Shown: positions 50,505 to 62,782 of the stretch, piece after piece | How the letters are laid out: each line of letters opens with the position of its first letter | How positions within the stretch are numbered: position 1 is the first letter of the stretch | Source of the DNA: Octopus sinensis | Lineage: Eukaryota | Direction: 5' to 3' | Assembly (NCBI RefSeq): GCF_006345805.1 | Contig: NC_043005.1 | Location: 78,988,001-79,052,000 of the forward strand | Length of the DNA: 64,000 bases | Position numbers and translations under genes: made by a program | The notes under the pieces: generated by a model | What the model was told of the DNA's origin: nothing | The model's database searches: none | The model's input: only the letters and a program-made list of their open reading frames with translations

Positions 50505-50895
50505 TCTTATTTATTTCAGTCATTTGGGTGCGGCCATACGGGAGCACCTCCTTTAGTTGAACAAGTCGACCCCAGGACTTATTCTTCGTAAGACTAGTAC
50601 TTGTTCTATTGCTTTTCTTTTGCAAATCGCTAAGTTATTGGGACGTAAACACACCGACATCGGTTGTCAAGCGATGGTGAGTGGGTGGGGCACAATCACA
50701 GACACACAAATATACGCACACAATACACACATATACATATATGTTTGTGTATATATATATATACGATGTGTTACTACCAAATCCACTCAAAAGGCTCTGG
50801 TCGACCTGAAGCTATAGTAGATGACACTTGCCCAAGGTGCCACGCATTGGGACTGAAACCGGAAACATTCGGTTAGAAAGCAAGCTTTTTTCACA
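50505..50895 (-). mobile_element. degenerate SINE family B
   Basis: tttcagtcatttgggtgcggccatacgggagcacc...cttgcccaaggtgccacgcattgggactgaaacc. Confidence 0.8.
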
Positions 50896-50989
50896 TATAT
50901 GCCATGCATTATTATAAATGTGTTTATACATATTACATAGATGTAGTTGGGTAGCTAGATGTAGACAGGTATACATGTAGCTGAAATTT

Positions 50990-51170
50990 AAAGAAAAGCA
51001 AAAGACGAAGACAGAAGACAGGTGTATTAGTTTAACGCTTGGGAAGGAGAGAAACTCTTTTAAGTTTCGAGTCTACGCTCTTCAACAGAAAGGAACACGA
51101 AGAAATAAAGAGAGAGTGAGAATAATATAAAAAGCAACTTTTGGAGATAGCGATCAATCATGGCGGCTGA
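50990..51170 (-). mobile_element. Penelope-like terminal-repeat fragment with minimal hammerhead-like motif
   Basis: Minus strand ctttctgttgaagagcgtagactcgaaacttaaaag at 51057-51093. Confidence 0.5.
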
Positions 51171-51229
51171 TACATACATACATACATACATACATACATA
51201 CATACATACATACACACATGTATATATAC

Positions 51230-51280
<51 letters not shown>

Positions 51281-52423
51281 TACATATATATATATATATG
51301 GCAAAAACGGTAAGATAACAGAAGAAAGAAAGATACCTCAATATTATGTAAATAGAGGAAATTTACCTATAACCGAAGAGATGGTGTTGTGGATTTCCAC
51401 TTCGGCATCTGAAACTCAGAGTTTTATCTTGACTATTGAGTAAATGTAACATATTATTTTAATATATATTATATATATAATATATATATATTATATATAT
51501 ATATATTATATATATATATATTAATAATGGGAGTAATGGGAATGGAGTGGGTAACACGTTTTATTGCATATGAAGATTGTTTCAAAGAGACCTTACAAGA
51601 AGAATTATCGCTGGAATATTATTATATCTGGCAGCTGATAGCCGTGGGCTCCGTTTTAAAATCAAATCACAAGGTTAATGCTCAGATTGAGTTGATATGA
51701 ATACGTAAAAACACACAGTCGCACACACACACAGACACACACACACACACACACACATAAGCTTGTGTGTGCGTGCGTTAGGAGAGTCATTATATCAAAA
51801 GTGATGACACACACTGGCTTAACATCACTTCGTTATAGTTAGTCGATTGGTTGAATATTTTACCAACTAACAAATCGATCGTTTGTTTAATGTGTTGTTT
51901 GTTCGTTAGTGAAAGACTTTTTGTCGATGTCGTGACCTTTCCATTGACTTCACTCTCTCTCCAAGGTCTGTTCATACACATTTAAGACTTGACCATCACT
52001 AATAGGTTAATTGTTAAGTGTCAGCTTTGCCCTTGTGAGGATCTTGAGTCTAGCGTCCTTTGCACAACACAACGACAACACTCACTAGCAATATTAAAAC
52101 ACGCAGAGATAAGTACAGTGCAAGACATCCGAGTTTTGTTGGGCTTCAGGTTTTACATACGAGTTAGACTTCTCTTAGAGAGATAGCTTCACAAACATCA
52201 GGGATCCCTCATTCCCAGTGGGTTTACTGCGCCCTTGGACACCTACCTCTGTATTTCTACGCCCCTGTGCATTCCTTTGGATGGCCAGTGACAGTCTTGA
52301 GTTCCGCTCTTTGAATGGTTATGCTTTTCGTCCTACCGGGTGTTCAATAAATCAACCTCCTCATCAAGTCAACTTGGTGGGGTTACTGTGTTATATGTTG
52401 CCAGTAGCGTATGGATGTAAAGT

Positions 52424-52667
52424 AACCTTCTCGAGTCATGCTGACTGATATGGGCCGCTCTTCCCGGTTTCAGTGGCGTATATATTCCCCACCTTTAGGG
52501 GAAACTGATCCATCGCAGGGTCATTTATTCTTGTCAGCTGAGTGGACTGGTGCAATGTGAAATGAAGTGTTTTGCTCAAGAGCATAACACGTTGCATAGT
52601 CCAGGAGTTGAAACCACAATCTTACGATCACGTGTCCAACACCCTGGCCACCAACCCACGCGCCTCC
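52424..52667 (-). mobile_element. SINE family C with tail type i
   Basis: Same head and CORE-like block as 43405-43652, then cctgcgatggatcag...gaaaccgggaagagcggccc. Confidence 0.8.
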
Positions 52668-52834
52668 ACTATGTATGTATGTATGTATGTATGTATGTAT
52701 GTATGTATGTATGTTTGTATGTATGTATGTTTGTACGTATGTATGTATGTATGTGTGTATGTTTGTTTGTTTGTATGTATGCATGTATGCATGTATGTAT
52801 GTATGTATGTATGCATGTATGTATGCATGTATAC

Positions 52835-54070
52835 GTGCAGATTTGTATGTTTTTTATGTATGTATTCTTATGCATATACTTCCATATCTAGACATTCTCA
52901 TATATACTAAAATGATAAACTTTGAAAAGTTTTGCAAAATTTTACAGTCTCAGTGATGGATAGGATCTATACTCTTCGAATCAGCTTTCTCTGGTTTTAA
53001 GAAGCCTAATTTCTCAAGATTACCATATACCAGGGCGCCAATAATTACAGATATAAACCTGAACTTGTAGTTTGGATAGTGTAACTTCAGATTTTTCAAT
53101 AGTTCAGCATTGGTGTTCTCTTTTCCACTGATCTTCAGCTTTATGTTAACATCCGCTGGGCAGCTGATTTCCACAACTGTACATAGTTTCTCTTCTCGAT
53201 CACAAATCCTTATATCAGGTCTATTGTGTTTACATTTTCTTGAGGTTTTCACTCGGACATTCCACCAATATTCCTTTTTATTATGAGTGGCTATGGCTTC
53301 GACCATACTTTAGCTTCTTATCTTTTGTCCTTGGGGTTGTCCTTTCGACCGTTCTCTTCATACAGTATCCTAGCTACAGCATCATATCTCATCGGTAGAT
53401 AATACTGTGATGATATTTTTGGACAACTGCTTATGATGCGGGTCATATATTCAGTTTTAACTCCACAAAGTCTGCTTCAGTTGTTACATTTTACAGATTT
53501 TCCAGCACATCTGTCCCTTTTTTTACTCAAGCTATTTGGTTGATATTTCCTGTTCTTGGATTGAAAATGCATACTTTTCACATTGGGAGGTTCTAATTTG
53601 GTTGTTGGTGCAAGAGATACCGCTTTTGTAATCGATGTTATTATAATCTCTGAGCTTTCTTATAACATATCCATGCATGGTCTTCTGTTCATATATGCTC
53701 ATCCTTTATCTGATTATACGTTGTGTTAGAGTCGTGCATTTTCTTTGGTGCATGTATTTAAGTTTATCAGACAAGGAATGCTGTTCAAGTAGCTCCCTTC
53801 TAATTCTTATGATGTCATCAGCCTCATGTATGCAAACTTCATAAAAGGATGCACTTCAACACTTGGTAGTTAACAGATGTTGCTGAAGGGATATGGTGTG
53901 ACATCCAAAGACATTTTGGATCGACGATAAGCCTCTGCAGTTTTGTTTTCATTTTAGGTAGAGTCGGTCTACGTCAGAGTTTATGTGGAATTTATATGTG
54001 CTTGTTAGTATTTTCTAGGTTTTCACATCAATGGTTCGGTTCTCATCAAGCGTCCAACAAAGCAGCCCAA
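52835..54070 (-). mobile_element. 3' part of an R4/Dong-like element: zinc knuckle, RLE endonuclease, 3'UTR, (TACA)n tail
   Basis: SRLCGVKTEYMTRIISSC (degenerate CCHC), HNRPDIRICDREEKLCTVVEISCP (PD..D/ExK-type RLE); 53740-54070 is ~78% identical by eye to 10235-10558. Confidence 0.9.
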
Positions 54071-54374
54071 ATGTACGTACGTATGGATGGATAGACGGAT
54101 GGATGGATTGATGAATAGATGGATGGATACCGTGAAAAGGCTTGAAGACACGTAGCGTTGGAGTTAGTATGTTGACATCATTATTGTTTTTTCATGAATT
54201 CGATTCCAGATTTGGTGAGGCAATGTGTACTTGATAATTCTTCTACATTGCAATTTTCAATCAGTTCAGCTGAAATTGTGTACAAACTCACTGATAGGAA
54301 TCTCTCTGCATCTGTTTGTCTGTCTTTCTGTCTCTCTCTTTACTCTCTCCAGATGCCACGTCCTCCCTGCTAAA

Positions 54375-54700
54375 TGAAGGCACGTTGCTAAGAGGATGGA
54401 ATATTGAGCTCAGGGTCATAAGGTCTTAGTTTTGTTTCCCAGTGGCGCATTGTTTCTTAGAGCAAGACGCTTTATTTTCACGTTGCACCAGCAAACTCAG
54501 CTGGCAAAAATGAGTTGTACCTGTATTTTAAAGGGCCAGCCTTGTCACATTCTATGCTATGCCGAATCACCTTGAGAACTATGTTAAAGGCACGCGTGGC
54601 TGTGGAACGCTCAGTCACTTACACGTTAATTTCCCGAGCACGCTGTTTTGTTGATCGGATCAAATGAAACCATTGCCATCGGAACCGATAGAGTGCTGGT
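54375..54700 (+). mobile_element. degenerate SINE family C carrying the family D (RTE-like) tail
   Basis: gagcaagacgctttattttcacgttgcaccagcaaactcagctggc then cctgtattttaaagggccagccttgtcac...gttgatcggatc...aaccgatagagtgc. Confidence 0.75.
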
Positions 54701-54914
54701 TTATCCTGCTATAAAGATCATGGTTTTAAATCCTGAAAATGTGTCTACATCTGCACACAGTTGCACAAATCCGTCGACGGGAATGGAGTATATGCTACCA
54801 GATCATGCTGACACGCGAGTGTTGGCTTTGAATTTTGTTAATATAAATATCAGATGTGTTAGTGATTTCGAAGTTATCGCCTCTACCTTTTCAAACAGTG
54901 ATAGAGGAACAGAT

Positions 54915-55226
54915 TATTCGTCATATATAGCATGCAACTGGTACTTAATTTATCGACCCCGAATGGATGAAATGTAAAGTCAACCCCGGAGGAATTTGAA
55001 CCCAGAACGTAAAGACAGACGAAATACCTATTTCTTTATTACCCACAGAAGGCTAAACATATGGGGGACAAACAAGGACAGACATAACTGGTACTTAATT
55101 TATCAACCCCGAAAGGATGAAAGGCAAAGTCGACCTCGGCGGAATTTGAACTCATAACGTAACGACAGACGAAATACGGCTACGCATTTCGCCCGGCGTG
55201 CTAACGATTCTGCCAGCTCGTTGCTT
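54915..55226 (-). mobile_element. dimeric SINE family A (full monomer with tail 2 plus headless monomer)
   Basis: The central domain occurs twice; junction gtaataaagaaataggtatttcgtctg. Confidence 0.85.
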
Positions 55227-55242
55227 AGAACAACTTATATAT

Positions 55243-55510
55243 AGGCGGTGGGGTGGCTGTGTGCTAATTTTCCAAGTGGTTCCGCAGCATTGCTCGGGAA
55301 TGTGTCTTCTACTGTAGCCTCGGACCAAGCAAAACCTTATCAATGGGTTTAGTAGACGGAAACTGTATAAGCCCGTCGTGTAAATGTATACACACACACG
55401 TGTGTTTTGCTGTCTGTGTTTGTCCCCTCCTCTGCGTGACAACGTGTGTCGGTGTGTTTATAGCCACACAGCTTAGCGGTCGGAATAAAAGATAGATAGA
55501 AAATAATAGT
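55243..55510 (+). mobile_element. degenerate SINE family B
   Basis: gtcttctactgtagcctcggacc...gtagacggaaactgtataagcccgtcg...cttagcggtcgg. Confidence 0.7.
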
Positions 55511-55566
55511 TAGAAAAAAGGCACTAAAAACAGAATACACATATATATATATATATATTATATATA

Positions 55567-55604
<38 letters not shown>

Positions 55605-55882
55605 GGGTGTGTGTGATTGTGTATAGAAGAATGTATTAATAAAAGGAATTCCAACCTTGTCTGATTTTCACGTTTTATTTACAATCTTATAATGATATAA
55701 TATAAGATAATATAATATAATAGAATAAAATAAAATAGTAGAATTTTAAATGTTCATTCTGATTAAACTAGTACTTTCATGCATTAAATTCTGCAATCTT
55801 CATGTTCATGTAGTAGTGGTGACAGTCATGCTTCACAGTTTTTATATATATATGTATGTATATATATATATATATTATATAT

Positions 55883-55930
<48 letters not shown>

Positions 55931-55939
55931 CATATACAT

Positions 55940-55982
<43 letters not shown>

Positions 55983-56129
55983 TATAGAAGGAGCTTCTAC
56001 AGGACGAGAACTGTTTCATTCGAGAGAAATCATCAGGAAGTGGTTAACCCCGAATCAACCCGGGACCTACATATATATATATATATTATATATATATATA
56101 TATATTCATATACATATACATATATTTAG

Positions 56130-56336
56130 CGGGTGGCGTGGCTATGTAGTAGGAAGCTTGCTTTTCAACCACATCATTCTGGGTTCAGTTCCATTGCGTG
56201 GCACTTCGGAGAGTGTTTTCTACTAAAGTCTCCGGCGGACCACGTTCTTATGAGTGGATTTGTTAAACAGAAACTGAAAGAAACCTGTTGTATATATACA
56301 TAGTTACATACACACACACACACACTTATGTGTGTG

Positions 56337-56373
<37 letters not shown>

Positions 56374-56550
56374 GTGTGTGTGTTTGAGTTTGTCCGCCCG
56401 TCATCACTTGACAACCGATGTTGGTGAGTTTACGTCCCCGAACCTTAGCGGATCGACAAAAGAATCGGATAGAATAATTACAAAGTATAAGTCCTATGGT
56501 CGATATCTGAGACTAAGTCGGGCTTCAGCTCAGCTGCAGTGAAATAACTG
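56130..56550 (+). mobile_element. degenerate full-length SINE family B
   Basis: Head, (CA)/(TA)/(TG) core and decayed tail recognisable. Confidence 0.75.
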
Positions 56551-57568
56551 AATCAAGTAAAATAATATATATTCTCCTATATATACATATATATGCAACA
56601 TATACTATAATTATATACAGACCAAATTTTAGCTATTTCTCCGAAGATTGAAAGAAATTAATCAATTTTCGAAACTTATTGGGTTCTCATCAGAGGTTTC
56701 ATTCTGACAATGTCCAGAGAAACATCAGCCAAACTGTTTATATACTCAACAAATACAGCAGTTACTCTATGAAGGAGTTCCTAATTTGTATACAGAAAGT
56801 GTGAAGTGTATCACACAAGGAAAAGGACTGGGAGCAGAAAACATTAATGTCAAATCCGAACTCCAAACTACAAGTTCCCCCCTTCGAAATGCTAATTTAC
56901 GATTCTAACACATTCTTCTCTGCAACGAATCCATGCTCCACTGGAAGGATTCTCCCGGAATTATAATACAATAGCGGCATCTAGCCGCAATTCAAAACCG
57001 AATAGAAAATCATTCACCGTCACTAAAATGTGCCAATAGGTGCAGGAAGCTCCAGCATTGCTAGAAATAAGAATGAAAGAATCTTTACCACAGAGGCATA
57101 TGTTCTCTTTACCAACAAAGAAGATAACGTCGCCACTGCAAGCTAATGGCAGAAAACTATACATAGCATGCCAATAAACCCTTCGTCACTTTTAGTGACT
57201 GAATTATTTCCTTTTTCGTTTTGAATTGCATTTAGCTACCTTAATTATTTTATAATTTTCACATTACCGTTTTGCGGAATCAGCCCCTGATTCCTATGGT
57301 AAAGTTTATATATACTGACAAGATAAATCAAGATAAATCAAGATTCACCACCCACAATGGAGTAAGACTTACTGTTGAGCATTAATTTCCATGCGAAATT
57401 GGCATGCCAATATAATGTTACTCGCTTGCGGTTCGAAGGTTATCTACCTTGTCAGTGAGCAGAACATATGCTCCTGTAGTTAAAGAGAGTTGGACTATTA
57501 TTTCTAGCAATGCTGTTGTCCACTGCACCCTTCGTCACTTTTTAGTGGCAGTGAATTTTATATATATA

Positions 57569-59227
57569 CTAGCAGTATCGCCCGGCGTTGCTCGGGTTTG
57601 TTTCGACCCGCTGGAATTGTAATTTTGAAAAGTAAAAATTTTGTGAACATTTTTCTGGTCGAAATACACCGAAAAGTGGCGACACAGCAGTGAAAAAATC
57701 GTAAAAAATAGGGATTTTCATAGAAAAAAGCGTCTTTTTGATGTAAATAATTTTTGGTGTTAACATGGTCCGATTTGAATTTTATGTTCTACGGAAGGAA
57801 GAGCAACCCTTCTTCTACCATACTCTCAATTTTGGTCAACTTGCGCCGCAGGGTCTGGAGGAGATAGTGTTAGTTGAAGGTTACCATTCTAGGTGCCTGA
57901 GTAACAACCTCGCGGATTTACAGATAAATGAATTAATTACTATTTTACAGAATAAAATTAAATAATTCTTGAAAATTAATTAATATTAATATTTTTTGAA
58001 CAAAGTAAATAATTTTTAAAACTTAAATAATATTTTTTTTACACAAACGCGAACGGGGAAAAGGGGGTGGCGAATTCGATTTACATACCTAATTTTTTTT
58101 TTTTTTCATGACATTGTAGCAAAATAGTAGTGAATTATATAAATACCAGCAGTACATTTTTTTTCTGGGGTATTTTTTTTCAACCTCGTCACATATTTGC
58201 CCCTTTCAATTTAAACAAAGTCTTAATTAAGCAATTACGGCAGCTTAGCAATGGTTTCAATACAGGCGTGACATCTGTATCTCAATTGTTCAAACCCTTC
58301 GAATTTTTTCGCGCGTGATGATATCATAGTGAAAACTTCCAATTACGCGCGCTTAGAAGTACGCTCGCAAATTAATACTACCAAAATTTTGAAGTTCGCG
58401 CTCCGCTTGTGTGTGTGGTGTGCGTGCTTTAGGTGTACGTAGGTATGTGTTTTTGTGTGTTGTGTGTCACTGAAGCCATACATACATATATACATACATA
58501 ACCTCTCTCTCTCTTTTCTCTCTGTCACTCACTACAAAAAGTGAATAAAAAAGTTCAGTTATTTCTGTCTTTCACTCTGTCTGTCTCTTTACACACACTA
58601 ACAAAAGCACTTCACTTACACACCACACTTTCTGTGTCGCACAACCCATCAAACACACACACACACACACACACACAACACTCACGCACGCACACATGTA
58701 CATCAATGCTTTCGGAGTGAAATGTTAAAATATTGAGTTTTCTCGAATTTTGTCTTAATTGGGGGTGAAATTGAAAGAAATATATTATGGCATGACCGAA
58801 TGGAGTACTTTGAAAAATCTTAGGTAAACTCTAATTGAAGAAATTGTGTGAGGAGTAAAACGTTATTATTTATTTGTTTCTGTTTGCTGTGTTTTTTTTA
58901 TTTTTGAGTAGTGGTTTAAATACTTTCAGTTTAGTCTTCCTCAAATCACTCTGTCGCTATTTACTTTCATTTTATCCGTTGCACACTGTGTGTGTGCGTG
59001 TGTGTGGTGTAAACCACATTAAGAAAAGCATTTGACATACACACCAGAATGTGAGTTTTCTGTAAATTTTGCTTAATTGGAGTTTAAATTTTAAAAACTG
59101 GACCTGGCATGACCCGATGCATTCTACTCTTAAAAATGGTAGGTAAATTGTAATTGAAGAAATCCTATATTGTAGATTTCTATAAGTTACAAAGGGAGGC
59201 AGATAAAATCTGCCTTTTATAATAAGA
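57569..59227 (-). mobile_element. composite non-autonomous Helitron, unit II
   Basis: 5' TC end at 59227 (tcttattataaaaggcagattttatctgcc); 3' hairpin cccgagcaacgccggg plus CTAG ending at 57569. That the interior is one element is inferred. Confidence 0.6.
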
Positions 59228-59619
59228 CTAGCAGTATCGCCCGGCGTTGCTCGGGTTGTAAGGGAAATAACTATATAAGCATTTTTAGAGAGTTATAGCC
59301 AAAAATAGCAAAAAAATGCATTAAAATTGAAAAAAAATTAAGGTAATTTTTTTAAAATCGTTGACACATCGTAGATATTTTTAGAGAGTTACTTCCCTTA
59401 TATAAAAGCGAAAAAAATGCATTAAAATGGAATAAATAGGATGGTAAATGTTTTTAAAATCGTAGACTCATCGTAGACGCGCGCTAATACCCAGAAGGGC
59501 TCGATATGAATCACGACTATAAGATACCCGCTTTTGGTTAAACTGCACCGCAAAATGTGGGAGTAATTACGAATGTAAATCGAAGGGGACAGACACACAA
59601 CTTCACTCTTATATAAAGA
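59228..59619 (-). mobile_element. non-autonomous Helitron (short family related to 48543-48917)
   Basis: A|TC start at 59619, hairpin plus CTAG at 59228; shares its 3' part with 48840-48917. Confidence 0.85.
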
Positions 59620-59984
59620 TGCTTTTTTTTTTCAGTCATAGAGTTAGATTTATGAAGGTCTTCAGTAGAAAATCCTTCGAATTCTGACTCGCTGCTTGAT
59701 ATAATAAAATTCGTATCCATTTTTTGTCAGAATTACAAATTTTGAAAACACAATAGGAACAAATTCGGAAAAAAATCTCCCATAATTCACGGAATTAAAA
59801 TTACACTTCGATTTTTGTACAAAACTGTATTTGAAGTGTTTACGAAGTATAATACGTGTTTTCACGAATGTACTAAAGAGATTTACTCTGATATTCTCAT
59901 TTAAATATGAATAGGTAAATTCGGGCGGTTTGGTAACGAAAGGGTTTATATAAGTGTCGTCTGTTTATACATAAACACTGTTTC

Positions 59985-60392
59985 ATAGTTTCAGTTTAGT
60001 CTCCTCAAATCACTGTCGCTAATTTACTCTCTTCCAAGAACATTTTCACTCACTGTTATCTGTTAGCTTCCCATACATTTTACTCATGTATCTATCAGCG
60101 TGATAGACAGAAACAAATATTACATTTACTTTCATTTTATTCGTGCCCACTGTGTGTGTGCGTTTGCGTGTGGTGTAAACCAGACTAAGAAAAGCATTTG
60201 ACACACACACCAGAATGTGAGTTTTCTGTAAATTTTGCTTAATTGGAGTTTAAATTTTAAAAACTGGACCTGGCATGACGCGATGCATTGTACTCTTAAA
60301 AATGGTAGGTAAATTGTAATTGAAGAAATCCTATATTGTAGATTTGTATAACTCCCAAAGGGAGGCAGATAAAATCTGCCTTTTATAATAAG
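59985..60392 (-). mobile_element. Helitron-like 5' module, second copy of 58925-59227
   Basis: About 280 bp closely matching 58950-59227, same ggcagattttatctgcc hairpin and TC end. Confidence 0.75.
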
Positions 60393-60866
60393 AATATATA
60401 TATATATACATATATATATACATACATATACATATATACATACAAACATACATACATTCATATATAGATACATGTAAATATATATGTGTGTGAGTCTTGC
60501 CTGCCTTATCTGGATGCAGACGGTGACCAACGAGCTTGCTCCTTGGGCACATACAACAGATAAGGTCGAAAGTAGAAGCATGCTGGGCGCATTCTGCGAT
60601 GACTGTAGCGGTTCATAGGAAAGATTGTCATCCTGAAACCTACCCATGGGAGAATGAACAATAGGGTTTCTTCCGTAATCTTGCCCCAAAGGTTTGGTGG
60701 GTTTTGAACGGAGCTGCAAATATTTGAATATTGGAAATGGAAGTTAAGATGTGGCCCGTTCATTTGCTTCCATAATGCAAGGGCAAATTATAGTGGATGT
60801 ATATTGATGATGATGATGATGATGATGAAAATAACGATAAAACTGCTGACGATGATGATAATGATA

Positions 60867-60901
<35 letters not shown>

Positions 60902-62097
60902 ATGAGGATAATCATCATCAACAAGATTATTAATATGACATGATGTTAAGAGTGACGACGACGAGGCGATGATGGCGATGATGATGATGTTTAAGACGAT
61001 AAATATGTTTATGAATGATAATGATATATTAAATATTTATTAATTATCACATATCGAGTGGAGTCTTTCTCAAAACCGATATAATATATATATGTATGTG
61101 TGTATATACATACAGAAATTTAAATAGATTTCCATAACAGGTAATGAATTTGTATTTAATACGATACCTACGTTATTAAGAAATCATAATTTTCATATAA
61201 GTATATAGTTGCCTTAATATTTATTAATTACGGTTTTTGAGTACTTTTGCAATTACGTGCGAAAAGGAAGGAGTGCAAATATATTTCAATTTAATACAAA
61301 TTATTAGCAATACTTAGGTGGAAATTCAATAAAGATTTGAAGAACACATGAGGAGAAATTTGAAATTATGGAAGTTTTCATAATGTCATGTTTAATAAAA
61401 TTCTGTTCATGTTTAGTAGTAATAAGTTATTGAACACTAGCGTGGATATTAGTCAGACTATATATGAACACACACACACACATATATATATATATAATAT
61501 ATATATATATACACATACATACATGTACGTATATATGTGAATATATAAGTATGTATATATGTGTATATTTATATATGAAAATAAGTGTATATATATATAT
61601 ATGGAGAGACATGTAAGTGTGTACATATAAACATTAAAATTAGAAAGAAATATAACATATTTAGTAGACATATACTAGTATGTTATATGTTTATATATAT
61701 ATATATGTATATCTATTATATATATATATATTGAACACTAGCGTGGATATTAGTCATATATACATATATGTGTGTGTTTATCTATATATATTGAATACAT
61801 ATATATATTTACATACATGAATATAGATATACATACATATACATACATGCATACACGCACATGCAGTTATTCTATATTGAGAGAGCTAGAGGAAATAGAT
61901 ATTTGTTTATAAATTCAATATATTTGAATATTAGATACGATCATAATTAGGAAACTTACTGGAAAATAAGAACTAAATTTACTGTATACAAATGCATCTT
62001 CCGATAAGTATCAGGGAAAAGCGAACGACAATTTGTGGGTTTTTTCCGTACCTCTTCAGCATTGTAATGATTTATCGTTATGTACAGCGTAATAAAC

Positions 62098-62520
62098 GTT
62101 TCAAATTTTGGTTTGAGGCCAGGATGTTTCTGAAAGAAGGTAAAGTCGATTACGTCGACACCAGTGGGCACCTGGTACATATATTATCAACCTCGAAAGG
62201 ATGAAAGATATAGTCGTCCTCGGTGGAATTTGAACTTGGATTATACAGACGGACAAAACGTTGCTAAACATTTTACCTGGCGTGAAACCGAGATCAAAAA
62301 CATCCCCCTTAAACATGAAAACGACCCGTTGCAGAGTTCAAATCAGCAATGTTTCAGAGGAGGAGACATTAACAGTACTCTGTGTACGGTACTTAATTTT
62401 GTCGACTCCGAATGAATGACAGGCAAATTTTACAAGGATGGGATTTGAACTCAGAACACAAAGAGCTGGAAGAAATGCGAAGGGCATTTTTCCCGAAGCA
62501 TTAACGATTCTACCAGCTTG
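62098..62520 (-). mobile_element. two diverged SINE family A copies
   Basis: Central domain (cgaaaggatgaaag; ggtacttaattttgtcgactccgaatg) and B-box-like atttgaactcagaac, twice. Confidence 0.7.
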
Positions 62521-62522
62521 TA

Positions 62523-62742
62523 CAGTAATCCCTCGTCATATCGCGGTTCACCTATCGCGGTTTATTATTTAAGCTTACGTCGATTCCTCCATGGTGTTAT
62601 TTTGCATTTGTAATAAAATAAATATATACAAATTATAAAAATGATAAAAAGAAATACAGTACAGTACTGTTTCTACTTCGCAGATTTTCCCCAATCGGAG
62701 GTCTTTTGGAACGTAGCACCCAGAATAGTCGAGGGGTTACTG
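62523..62742. mobile_element. pogo/Tigger-type MITE, short form
   Basis: TA|cagtaatccctcg...cgaggggttactg|TA. Confidence 0.85.
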
Positions 62743-62782
62743 TAATTGGCTAATTTCATTTTATTTTTTCGCCCTATGCTTA

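Noticed and set aside
1744-61671. Dozens of ORFs rich in [20 protein letters not shown]
   Set aside because: Translations of (TACA)n, (TA)n, (CA)n and (TAGA)n microsatellites; no coding signal.
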